From the NCBI RefSeq assembly GCF_018977255.1, contig NW_024704754.1:2728001-2792000 (forward strand): a stretch of DNA of 64,000 nucleotides, written 5' to 3'. The stretch comes from Callorhinchus milii. Its lineage: Eukaryota. The position numbers and the translations under genes were made by a program. The notes below the pieces were generated by a model, which was not told where the DNA came from, searched no databases, and saw only the letters and a list, made by a program, of their open reading frames with translations. This document shows positions 11,898 through 23,327 of the stretch, piece after piece (within the stretch, counting starts at the first letter, position 1; the number at the start of each line of letters is the position of its first letter).

Positions 11898-14800
11898 CTG
11901 ATCAACACAAGAGGCGTAGAATTAGTTTATTTTTCACCCCACATCTTCTCTCGAGACCCGATTTCAAATCACAACAGAAGAGGATCGTTTTGGGTCACTT
12001 CAACCGATGAGCACACTCAACTAACTGCTCTTTTAACTTTGCTCCTTTATCAGGATGATTTTTTGCTCCCAGTCCAGTCCGCGGGTAAGAGGCACTCACT
12101 TCACAGCCCGCGAGGAAGATGAATTGCATCTCGAAGGCAAGGATAAAACCCTATATTTGGTCAGACTTAATCCACAATTTTCAAGGATCCACAATACTTT
12201 CGAAAACATTTAACCACAAGTTTCAGAAATTTTTTCAAACTTTCTAATGTACAAAAACAGAACCAATTGAGCTCTCTCCTCCCCTCCCCAACCAAGTGAT
12301 AATAATAATGCTTACATTTGATATAGCACCTTATCATGCCTTCAAGATGTTTCAAAGCATTTCACATATGAAATAGTGTAGTGACTGTGTATTTTGTGGG
12401 TGAAACGTACATTAAAAAGTGAGTTACAATAACCAAACCTGGTGTCTGTCCAGTTACAGCTGTTTGAAAGTAGTTCTGTTTGTTTTTATTTCCAATAAAG
12501 CTGTTTTATTTTTCACTCTATTTCTATTCTGTGTCCCTCTTCGACACATCCCTCCTCAGCCAAGAAGCGAAATGTTTGCCTGTCACCAAACGCCTGACTG
12601 TGATTTGGGAAGAAATGTTTGCCCTTTCTACTCAAAGTGCTTCACAGAATATACTGTAAAGTGAATTGAATTTATAATTTGTGAGCAAAATGCTGCAGCC
12701 AACTGCGCACAGCAGTGTCCCACAAACAGTTGTGGATTGAGTGTCTACATTTTTTTAAATTTATTTTGAAGGAATCATTACCCCCATAACAGCAATCCAC
12801 CACTGGGTTCCTACTTACTGCTAGGTAAACAGAGGCGTGTGGAGTCAGGAAACTTGCCCAACATTTCACCCTGACGGGAATTGAACCCAGGGCTCTCGCT
12901 TGCAAGGCAAGTATACTAACCACTGAGCTGCAGGACTCCACAGTTAACTAAAGGCCCTTCAGAAGAATGAAAGAAATTAAGAGAGGTTTTAACGTTATAA
13001 ATCATAACAGATCTGTTGGAAGAAGTATGAGTTAGTTGAATAGCATCTTCTTGTCCCATACTTTATATTTTAAGTTGGTTGATCAAGGGCGACCTGGAGT
13101 ATAGATCAAAGCCAGAAATCTTACCTTTGGAAAATATTTCGACAATCCCATATATGCAAGTTGAAGTGTCAGAAATGGAGCAAAAATTGACTGCAGAGAG
13201 AAGAAAATAGAAGTGATCAATCAGGATGAAATCCCAAAGAACTGGTCCTAATGATGGTGACAGAAACCCTTCAGGGTCAATTATTTTAAATGAAAAAATA
13301 AAACAAATAAAATATATTTTGAGGTTGCTCCAGCGCGGATCAATTACGAACCACAGCTGACGCAGAAGCTAAATCGATTCACTGGTCTCTCGGAGAATGA
13401 ATCTACATTATTGGTTTCAATGACTTTACATTCTGCTGCACAGCACAATTTCAGGTTGTAATAAAATATTGATCACTTGTGTTCTGTCAGGTCAGTTTTA
13501 ACTGCCCACAAAATATAGTGTCACTGCACTGTACAGTATATGCTCTGAAGCGCTTTGAGATGTCTTGAAAGACATGATGAGGCAATATATCAAAGGCAAG
13601 GATTATTATTAGTATTATTAATTGCTGTGTTTCTCTTCTCTCTTTTTTTTGGTTTGTTCTGTTTCATTCCTTTTAGTTCCCCTTCTCACCCTTCCAGTTC
13701 TTTACTTTTCTTGTTACTCACTCGCGATTGCAACATACTGACTCCAGAAATGCCAGTAACTTTGGCAAAGATGCTCCTTTACATTTCCACCAGCACCCCT
13801 AATGGACGTGATGATTACAATACACACGTAAGAAGAATTACTAAGTGGATCGAGCCATCTATTGGCAGTCAATAGAAACTGCAGCAATTTAGCGGAATTA
13901 TTTTTTGTCATTTGCAGCATAAAAGAAGGCCATTCGGCTCATCTTGTCTGCGCTTTGCTCTTTTAAGACCAATGGTTTCAGCCTCACTTGCTTGTCCTTT
14001 CCCCGTAGCCTTGTGATTTCATTCCTTTTAGGTCTTTATCTAGATCCCTTCTGAAAGCAGCAGGGCATTGCATAACTTAACCTCTCTGGAGTGGAAAAAA
14101 ATCTCCTAAACTTCTCATTTGCTCGTTGCTAACCTCCAGATGAACTCTAGTCATTAACTCATCATCAGCCATTGAAAATGACTGCAATCTATTTTTGTGA
14201 TATGTGCAAATTTAGAAATTGTGCCCCTTATATCAGAATCCAGATCATTTATATAAAAAATGAAAAAAAAACAATGGTGGTCCTAACACTCACCCTGGAA
14301 TACATCACTATTTACACCTCTCCATTACAAATAACTCCCTGTACTCCACCCTCGGTTTCCTACGCTTTAATTAAATTTTCCATCCATGCTGTTAGCTTTC
14401 CATTAATTCCTTGCGCTCCCTTTACAGCACCTTAACCAAAGCCTTCTGAAAATCCATATAGACCACATGCACAACTTTACTGTCATCTTTTCTTGGATTG
14501 TTTTGTAAAAAAAACAATTAGATTTGTCAGGCAAGGCTGACCTTTAACAAATCCTTGCTGCCTGTCATTAATCAACCTGCGTTTTTCCAAGTGGTTATTA
14601 TATTAATAATAATTCTGATATTGATATATTGATATCAAAGGCATTTGATATAGAGCCTTATCAGGTTGTCGAGCCGTCTCAAAGCAGTTTACAGGATATA
14701 CTGTAAGGTGGATTTACTGTATTTTGTGGGCAAAATTATCCTGTATTATAGCCTCTAAAAGTATGCCCATTATGAATGTTTGACTGATCGACAATTACTT

Positions 14801-17800
14801 GGCTCATCCCATTTTCTTTTTTTTTTGAAACAGAGGTGTTACACTCACTACTCTCCAGGCTCCTGACATAACTAAGTTTGAAAAATGATAGTCCTTATCA
14901 AAACAATCCTTGCATTTGATGTAGAGCTTTCTGTAAAGTGTATTGACTGTGTACCAGTAGATTACACAACAAACAATTGTGCACATCAATGTCCTATGGG
15001 CTGTCACTTTGAAAGGGCAGTCGAGGCCGATTCGATAACTACTTTTAAACGCGGTGGATGGGTATTTGAGGAGGACGAGTTTGCAGGGCTATAGGGAAAG
15101 GGCTGGGAAGTGGGATTGATATTAATTGCTCTATTCAAAGAGCCGGCACAGACTCGATGGGCCAAATGGCCTCTTTTTGTGCTGTACAATTCTATGATTC
15201 TACGATTCTTCAAGATCCACGTGAACAGGCAGACAGGACCCGAATTTAACACGTCATCCAAGCTGATTCTCTAAAGCTATCCCCCAAAACAGATGGAAGG
15301 TTTTGAGACAAGGTACCTGCAGCTAAACATTCTGGAAACTCAATTCTTCTTGGGATAAGAAAATGTGACTTCAATGTTTCACACGTAGATTTCCTCACTA
15401 TAAAAGCAGGGTCTGGCTCTGAATGCCTAGTTTCCAGCCTTACTCACAATCGTTTATATTTGCTGAACTTACCGTTTCAAAATGCACAAAACTTCAGGAC
15501 AAAGTAATTTCAATTCTAGAATAGCAGCAAGAACTCACCAGATATTTACATGCAAAGATTCGGACCATGACAGCCAGCAGAGCGCTCCCCACTAAACGGA
15601 AAACGTGGAATGTGCCCAGCTCCTCACCCCTGCCTCCATTCTCCTGACTGGACTTCTCACTCATCAGCTGATTTCTCAATTTCATGGCTTCGTCAAACCG
15701 CGATAGATACTGCTCAAAGCCCCGGCGGGCTGGCTGCTGCTGCTGTGCCTGCTCTACAGGGACATCTGGTCGACTTGAGTATCGATGGTCACTGCTGCTT
15801 CCCGTGGCCAAGTCATTAACTGCCTCGTGAGTTTTGCTAAAGGAGTCTCTAATATCTCCAGTGTATGGCCTTTTCACTTCCGTTCCATTTGTGTAATGAT
15901 TGGCCGCCATGGTACCATCGGTGGTTTCGTTCAGAATCCCCGGGGTTCTCTTGGGAAAGCTTGAGGTTTGCAGCAACTCAGTCCTCTCAGCTTCATAAGG
16001 TGTTCGAGAGTCCGCCTGGCTTTCATCTTCTGAAACAGAACGAAAACAAACAAACGATCGCAGAAAAGGTGACTACTCATGTAATCGCATGGTATTACGA
16101 TTAATAATAATAATAATTTTTGCATTTAGTATAGTCCCTTATCATATCATCTCAAAGCACTTCAAAGGATTTTACTGTAAAGTGCTATGACTGTGCATGT
16201 TGTAGGCGAATGTGGCAGTCAATTTGCATACAGCAATGTCCCTTAAACAACCATTAAGGGACTGAACAATTTTACTTGGGGGACGGCTGGCCAAGACCCG
16301 AGGAGAAATTCTCTTCTCTTTTCAAATGACATTTCCCATTCATTTCAAGGTGCATTCAAATATATTTTGATCCTAAATAAAAACAGAAGTCGCTGGGAAC
16401 ACACACAGCAGGTCAGGCAGCATCTATGCAGAGAGGAAATTGAGTTAACGTTTCAGGTCGATGACCTTTTGTCAGAACTTGAGTTCTCAACGACTTCTGT
16501 TTTTATTTCAGATTTTCAGCATATGCTGTATTTTCCTTTATCTTTTGATCCTTTCTCTTTGATCAGTTTTATTTTGAGAGATGGGAAATTTTGATGTACA
16601 AAGTTGAGGGATAGCAGTCAAGAGAAATAGAACACCTTCTCAATTCAAATTATCACCACGGATAGCAAAGAATAATAACATCATCTCAAAGCACTTCACA
16701 GATTTTACTGTGTTTTGTAGACAAATGGTGGCAGCCAATTTGCAGAGCAATGGACCAAAAACAACCATTAATTGATTGACCGATTTTGTATAGTGCCTTT
16801 CCTTTCAGAAGAAGATCTCAAAGCACTTTATAGAGCTGACCGGGGACAAAGTATGGCTTGGGAGCCAAGGAGAGTATGGATTAGATGCAATTAATGATTC
16901 TTTTACTCTGCCTTAAGAATAGCACCAAGTACCACTTACTGAATCAATATGGAATTCCGTATTTATTCATCTTAAATTACATGCAACATCTGCCTGTCCA
17001 ACTCCCTAATCTATTCAGATCTCTCTGTATTTGGTCAATCTGCTCCCTGTTATTTGCAACTTCCACCAGTTTGGGGGCAACCATGATTGTATTAGTGCCG
17101 TGCCCAATTCCAAGTCATGTATGTAGTGTACTGAGCGAATTTCCAGCAACAACAAAGATCATATCAAAGCTTTGTAACAAAACTGAAATCAATAATGATT
17201 TGGTCACTCAATCCACGACTGTTTGTGGGATACTGCTGTGCGCAATTGGCCGCCGCGTTTTACCTACACGATACAGCCAATTCACTTCACAGTATAGTTT
17301 GTGAAGCGTTTTGAAAGATCTGGAAGACAGGATAAGGTGCTATAGCTAAAGCAAAGGTTATTATAAGGCCCCACCCCACTCCCTGCCTCCTTTTTTATTC
17401 TGTTCCAACGACAACAAATTTCATTTGTACGTAATGTATCTAATGTATGGCATCGTTCACGTCAGGGCGTTCCAAGCCACTGGACAGTCACGGATCCGCA
17501 CCGAGCCGGTAGCTGGGATCAGGAGGGGGTTGGAGGGCGGAGCAGGAGGGTGACTGAAGGCAAGGTCGGAGAGGAGAGTAAAGGTGGCGGAGGGATTATG
17601 GGATGGAGTTCCAACGGGCGGGGGCCGAGAGGCTGAATGCCTCTGGAAAATCTGGAATCTTTTCTCAGAGAAAAAAAAATAAGATAAAACCTTTGGAATC
17701 TTTGTCCTCATTTATTATTATTATTATTGTTATTATTATTAAGTGCATTAAAAAAAAAATCCATTCCTTTAGGAATGGGGCAGGGGCTGAGATGCCATTA

Positions 17801-18630
17801 AAGCTGCCTTTCCTCTGCCTTAAGAAATAGCACCACTGACTGCATATATGTTCATTCATATTCAATGACATGACAATCTGTCGGTCCCACTCCCTCACAT
17901 GGGCAGATCTCACTTGGATTTGATCAAGTCTGCCCCCAGGAGCCAGGCCCCAAGCACCCCGAGCACCAGTCCCTGTCTTCCTTTCTCTCCCCCCTCCCTC
18001 TTTCTCTCCCCCTCTCCCCTTCACTGCCCCCCTCCCTCTTCCCCCCCCCTCTTCTCTCCCCCTCTCCTTCTCTCCCCTTCACTCCCCCCTCCCTCTTCCC
18101 CCCCTCTTCTCTCCCCCTCTCCTTCTCTCCCCTTCACTCCCCCCTCCCTCTTCCACCCCCCCCTCTTCTCTCCCCCTCTCTCTCTCTCTCTCTCTCCCCT
18201 TCACTCCCCCCTCCCTCTTCCACCCCCCCCCCTCTTCTCCCCCTCCCCTTCTCTCCCCCCTCCTCCCCTCACCTTCTCTCCCCTCTCCCCCCCCTCCTCT
18301 TCTCTCCCCCCTCACCTTCACGCCCCCCCTCCCCCCTCACCTCCCCTCCTCTTCCCTCCCCCCCTCCCCTCTCCCCTTCTCCCCCCCTCCCCCCTCTTTC
18401 CCCCCTCCCCCCTCTCCCCTTCTCTCCCCCCCTCCCTCCCCCTCTCTCTCACCCGCTTCGCTTTTGCTGAAGCCCATGATGCGGTTCAGCCGATCCTCCG
18501 AGTTGAGCAGCAGTTTCCTCCTGCGGAGCTCGGCTCGTTTCCTGGCCGACGACATCTTCTGCTCCTCGGCGTTCGCCTTCAGCGCCGCGTTGCCGCCGCC
18601 GCCGCCATTGTTGCCGCCATTGCTCTCCAT
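11706..18630 (-). CDS. CAMLG: Calcium-modulating cyclophilin ligand (CAML/GET2), 4 exons, 308 aa
   Basis: Exons 18630-18453, 16029-15539, 13190-13125, 11897-11706 (927 nt, open). Hallmark [92 protein letters not shown]; adjacent and co-oriented with SEC24A as in human. Confidence 0.97.
12630..12940 (-). mobile_element. SINE in CAMLG intron 3
   Basis: tRNA head plus core; tail truncated. Confidence 0.82.
13125..13190 (-). CDS. CAMLG: CAMLG exon 3
   Basis: 66 nt [22 protein letters not shown]; ctgcag / gtaaga. Confidence 0.95.
15008..15208 (+). mobile_element. CR1 3' fragment in CAMLG intron 2
   Basis: [11 protein letters not shown]; tail attctatgattcta. Confidence 0.85.
15539..16029 (-). 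CDS. CAMLG: CAMLG exon 2
   Basis: acceptor gtttcag; EDESQ...FACKYL; donor gtgagt. Confidence 0.93.
16378..16532. mobile_element. Penelope-type fold-back relic in CAMLG intron 1
   Basis: cagcaggtcaggcagcatct arm plus minimal hammerhead-like motif on minus strand 16480-16443. Confidence 0.65.
17975..18450. repeat. ~475-bp C/T low-complexity tract at the start of CAMLG intron 1
   Basis: Nearly pure pyrimidine on + strand with recurring ctctccccttcactccccc units. Confidence 0.9.
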
Positions 18631-18830
18631 CCCGGGAACAGCCGAGGGGCGGGGCTCGGGTCCGCGCCTGCGCCTCGCCGCCCGATGACGTCGCAGGCTG
18701 CCCGCCCACCCAGGCGCCGCGAGGGGGCGCCCGATCAGAGGGTGGGGGGGCGGGAAAAACGCCTTCAACGCCCAAAAGTCACTGGCCATGCGACCGGGTT
18801 GGGCGGGTTCACGCCCAATTGGGCGTTTTT
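18450..18830 (-). promoter_or_regulatory. CpG-island promoter of CAMLG
   Basis: Only strongly CpG-dense segment of the window; GC boxes (GGGCGG), CRE-like TGACGTC at ~18686, CCAAT inside palindrome GCCCAATTGGGC at ~18813. Confidence 0.75.
18453..18630 (-). CDS. CAMLG: CAMLG exon 1
   Basis: ATG at 18630 (MESNGG...), TRC40-binding basic motif, donor gtgaga, phase 1. Confidence 0.92.
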
Positions 18831-18964
18831 TTTTTTTTGCTGTTTTAGAATTTTAATGGACGATGATGATGATAAGTTATTATTACTATTATTAGAAGAA
18901 GAAGAAGAAGAAGAATCCTTGCGTTCGACGCAGCGCCCTATCGCGTCTATGCCACTCCTCCTCT

Positions 18965-19285
18965 AATAATAATAATAATCCTTGCATTTGATATAGCGCT
19001 TTTCACGTCGGGAGGACGTCCCAAAGCGCTTCACAGAACACACTGTAAAGTGAATTGACTGTATATTTGTGGGCGAACGCGGCAGCCAATTGCGCACAGC
19101 AATGTCCCACAAACAGTCGTAGATTGAAAATGACCAATTTATTATTATTTTTTGGTTTTGGAGGGATTATTATTAGGCTCTGTGTGGAGTAAGGAAACTT
19201 GCCCAAGGTTTCGCCCTCTGCCTGGAATTGAACTCAGGTCTCTCACTTGCAAAGCGAGTGCTCTAACCACTGAGCTACAGGACTC
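18965..19285 (-). mobile_element. Full-length young tRNA-derived SINE (L2-type tail)
   Basis: Pol III A box TAGCTCAGTGG, B box GTTCAATTC, core tttgtgggacattgctgtgcgcaattggctgccgcgt, tail ...aaatgcaagg(att)n; near-identical to copies at 29759 and 40670. Confidence 0.9.
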
Positions 19286-19654
19286 TACCCGGATCTCAAA
19301 AGCGCTTCGCCGGGATTTAACCCTAAAGTGTAGTGACTGTGGGCTTTTGTGGGGGAGAAACGCGACAAACAATGGCGCACGGCAGCGTGCCCACAAGCAC
19401 GTCGTGGATTGAGTGACCACCTTTTTTTTTTTAAAAAAAGATGTGGGCAACCCTTACAAGGACCAGCGTTTACTGCTCGTCCACCAGTTGTAAGCTCTTG
19501 CGAAACCTCACTCTCGGGTTTTTCAGACGACCGAGTGGAAGATAAGGTCGTTTCAGAAGGCGTTAGGTCAACCACGAAGCGTGGAACCGGAGTCACGAGT
19601 AGGCCAGAAGGATAAGGGTAGCACATTTCCTTCCCTGAAGAACATTAATGCACA

Positions 19655-19985
19655 ATGCAAAATTACCTGTGTGTCGCCTTTCACGTCGGGAGGATGTCCC
19701 AAGGGATTTGGACCCGAGCGGCAAGGGAGGGGAGGAGAGTGGCCGAAGGCATGGTCGAAGGGGTGGGTCTTGAGACGGGCCTTGAAGGAGACAAGGAAGA
19801 GAGAGAGAGAGGCAAAAGGAAAGTGGGATGGAGTGGTGGGGGGGGCGGAGAGGCTGAAGACCCAACTGCTGAGGGCAGGGCGGGCCAGGCGGGGGGTGTG
19901 GAGCGGTCAGATCCTGCTGAGCGGAGGGGGTGGATAGGTTCATAAGGGGTTAGCAGGACGCTGAAGTAGGAAGGGGCAAGGCCGT
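19655..19985 (-). mobile_element. L2-clade LINE 3' fragment
   Basis: Same family 3' end. Confidence 0.8.
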
Positions 19986-20041
19986 TGTCGTGGAATAAAA
20001 ACCATAGACCACACAAACAATGAACAGTAATCAGTACAGGT

Positions 20042-20091
20042 TTTATTACAAGCTTTATTACAAGCTTTATTACAAGCTTTATTACAAGCTT
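20042..20091. repeat. 12-bp tandem repeat (TTTATTACAAGC)x4
   Basis: Four perfect copies. Confidence 0.92.
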
Positions 20092-20689
20092 ACCGGTAAG
20101 GGGAAGCACCCAATCAGGTTCCCAAGTCACCCAAAATGGTACTTCCAAAGAATGTATAAAAACAAAGGGTTATATTCTTTTTCTTAACAGATTATGTGGC
20201 ATTTTACAACCAATGATTGTTTCTTACCATGACCCGTGACAATTCTGCAGCATTTTTCACATCCAATCATAGCAATTAAAAGTTTTCCTTTGTCTGTTAT
20301 AATTTCACATACTCATATCAGAGTCATGTGGTCTTACCTGACCCTGAAGAGTGGTACCATCTGGTTTGAACAATCATCTCTTCTAGTCTGGAAAAGGGTT
20401 GGAATGTCCAAGACTTTGTGTAAAGACCTTGAGTAAGACCACTGTATAAGGCTATGTGGCAACACTGTGTACGTGCTTCAATTATCTATCAGGTGAACCA
20501 ACCATACACGTTGTCAGGGTCGTATAACCTCTGTAGGCTGATGGTACTTTTAATGTCACCTTCCACACCGTGAAGGGCACAACGATATAGCAAGTATAAG
20601 TGATGTGTGATCGAGGGAGCTTCACAATCCAGCTAATGTCCAGAACCATGCAATTTCCATTGGACATCAGTGGATCACGATAACAAACA

Positions 20690-20935
20690 ACAACAACAAA
20701 TTACATCTACACAGTGCTTTTCACATTGGGAGGATGTCCCAAGGCGCTGGACAGACAGGGATTTGGACCCGAGTTTGGGGTTGGGATCAGTGGGGGAGAG
20801 GGTAGGGATAGGAAGGAGGCCAAATGTGAGGTCGAAGAGGAGGGTCTTGAGACGGACTTTGAAGCAGGCAAGAGAGGGAGCGAGGCGAAGAGAAAGTGGG
20901 GTGGATTTCCAAAAGATGGGGGCAGAGAAGCTGCC
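20690..20935 (-). mobile_element. L2-clade LINE 3' fragment
   Basis: Same family 3' end with (gtt)n tail. Confidence 0.8.
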
Positions 20936-21010
20936 ATCTAATTTTTCCTTTCTCTAGCCCAAGATCACCAAGGTCAATTGGAGTGGCCCTGTTGACACTG
21001 ATTAAGATCA

Positions 21011-21232
21011 ATCATAGAATAATAGAATTATACAGCACAGAAGGAGGCCATTCGGCTCATCGTGTCTGTGCTGGCTCTTTGAAAAGAGCTGCCCAAATCA
21101 ACCCCACTCCCCCGCTCTCCCCCCATCGCCCTGCAAGCTTGTCCTCCCGAAATAATTATCTACTTCTCTCTTAAAAGTTTTATCGAATCAGTTTCCACTC
21201 GCCTTTCAGGTGGTTAACTCAACACAGAAAAT
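21011..21232 (-). mobile_element. CR1 3' fragment
   Basis: Same 3'UTR and tail. Confidence 0.82.
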
Positions 21233-21584
21233 TGGCAGCGAATTTGCGATAGCAATGTCCTGCTAACAGTCATAAAAGTAAGTGGTTAAAAATATTCACT
21301 TCAGGATGTACGGTTTTCATAGAAAATGTAACACTTTGCTCAGTTTAGTACTTTGCTTCAGATATAACACATATAAACTAACTTGAAACTAGCGGTTCAA
21401 GGTGTGATAAAGAAATGGTGAGAGCAGCAGAAGTATTTTCTACTTCTCTTGAATATCCTCACATTGAATTTTTTAAAATTAATGCTAAAAAGCTGGAAAG
21501 TTATCCACGCAACCGTTTCTCACATTTTCTTTTACCCAATTCCCAGCAATATTATTAGCTGTTTAGCAGATACTAACAAATAAA

Positions 21585-21746
21585 AATAATTTGGTTACTC
21601 AATCCACGACCGTTTGTGGGGACGCTGCTGTGCGCAATTGGCTGCCGCGTTTCGCCCACAAAAGCTACAGTCAATTCACTTTACGGGATGAACTCTGAAG
21701 CGCTTTGAGAAAATGCTATATCAAATGCAAGGATTATTATTATTAT
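21585..21746 (+). mobile_element. SINE 3' half
   Basis: Core plus tail match. Confidence 0.8.
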
Positions 21747-22089
21747 AAATAATTGGCATCTCCAACAATGCAGCACACCCCGAGCACTGCACAGAAGTGT
21801 CAACCTGAACTGTGAGATTTAAGTCCTGACTTTGGGGTTTGAATTTATGACCTTCTGACTCAGGGGTGAGAATGCTGCCAACTGAGCGAGGCTGCTACCA
21901 CACCATAAATGGAATACTAACAGTGAATTACCGGCACACTGTAAATATCAAGGGATATTCCGTGATCAGCCCTAGCTACAACAAGGCCAACATTTCTGCC
22001 AACTACTTTTCTGATTCCCTCTGGAAATGGTTGAAGCAGGAAGTGTTGATTCCTTCAAAACACGGATTAGATTGTTCTCTTTTAGGAAA

Positions 22090-22283
22090 AAACAATAATA
22101 AATTGGTCATTTTCAATCTACGACTGTTTGTGGGACATTGCTGTGCGCAATTGGCTGCCGCGTTCGCCCACAAATATACAGTCAATTCACTTTACAGTGT
22201 GTTCTGTGAAGCGCTTTGGGACGTCCTCCCGACGTGAAAAGCGCTATATCAAATGCAAGGATTATTATTATTATTATTATTAT
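22090..22283 (+). mobile_element. 5'-truncated young SINE
   Basis: Reverse complement of the 3' half of the 18965-19285 copy. Confidence 0.88.
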
Positions 22284-22289
22284 AACATG

Positions 22290-22408
22290 ATGGAATATAA
22301 AAGCATAGGTAGTTCGGGTCATACGTGCAAGCGACCGCCAGGAAGGTCGAAGGCGAACTAGATGGACCTGGGTCGTTTTCTCGTCTAGCATTTCTTATGT
22401 TCTTATGA
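22290..22408 (+). mobile_element. Second CR1-type 3' end (also 32630-32720 minus, 63225-63328 plus)
   Basis: gaactagatggacc...tttcttatgttcttatg tail shared by three copies. Confidence 0.65.
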
Positions 22409-23327
22409 GATAGTTCAATGCAATATATCAAACGCAAAGATTTCATTTAATTATTATTTGCAGGCCTTCCATGTTAAGCATTCTCCTGTGCATCTTCCAT
22501 TTAAAGCACCCACAGTTTCTCTCAATCTTCTCAGTCTGAGTATCTGCTTTAAAATTAATATTGGTAAAGTTAAAGAAAATGCGAATGTTATAAGTTCAAC
22601 AGATCTCACGCCAAGAAACGAGAGAGTCAACAGCAGTAGCAAGCTGTGGTTTGCGGAGGCTTCAAAAACCACACAATGGAAAATGAGATCACTAAAAATA
22701 ACCAAGACATCATGCAAGTACAATTGCTTTACTAATAGTTGCTGTGCAAACAATTAATTTATTTGAAACAGTTTGATGATTTGATGAGAAGAAATTGTAA
22801 AGCTGTGTACTTGAAAAGATATCCAGTGTTGAAACTTCCTGTTAATAAGTGGCTTGATGATGAAACTTGCATCAAAGTGCCTGAATGTGGTAAAGATTCA
22901 CGACTTAACTTACCAATGAAAATGTTGGTTAAAGCACTTATAGAGTTAAGTGGTGACTTCCTGAATTTACATCGCAATCAGGAACATTTACTACTGGTGG
23001 CTAGGAGGGCAGTAACAGGTTGGTAAGTGGTGTAATTCAACTCTTTTTTAATCTCAATTCTGCAATTCTACATTTTGAAGTGTGGGGTGCCCCAAAGTGC
23101 AGTCGGACAGGAAGGAGCGAGGCCGAGGAAGGGCTTTGAAGGCGAGGATTTTGAACTCTATCCTCCAGGGATTGGGGAGCCAGTGGATTCGGGCGAGAGT
23201 GGTGGGTGATAGTGTTATGGTTCATAGTAATAATGTGCTAGAAAAATCTGAAGTAAATGTCCAATTGTACAATATACGCTTTATTATATGATGTATACTT
23301 AGTATATTAAATATATGTTTAGTATAA

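Noticed and set aside
11613-12122. 169-aa + strand ORF
   Set aside because: Antisense shadow of CAMLG exon 4.
18631-18789. In-frame upstream ATG (MASDFW...) extending CAMLG
   Set aside because: Runs through GC-box/CRE promoter sequence; homology to CAML starts at MES (18630).
17899-18966. 355-aa Pro/Ser/Leu-rich ORF on +
   Set aside because: Translation of the C/T low-complexity tract plus the antisense of CAMLG exon 1; not a gene.
19003-19206. Recurrent ORFs '[14 protein letters not shown]' / '[10 protein letters not shown]' / 'IKCKDYYY'
   Set aside because: Translations of the SINE core and tail, not a protein family.
19215-19285. tRNA-Ala(UGC)-like sequence (also ~30020-30090, 40910-40980, 38240-38313, 12870-12940)
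   Set aside because: SINE heads: no proper acceptor stem and continuous with the SINE body.
20042-20091. CRISPR-like array
   Set aside because: No spacers and eukaryotic context; simple minisatellite.
20328-20442. 10-bp inverted repeat GTGGTCTTAC/GTAAGACCAC and possible 50-nt minus-strand exon (20339-20388)
   Set aside because: Too short to separate from chance; no TSD and no partner exons identified.
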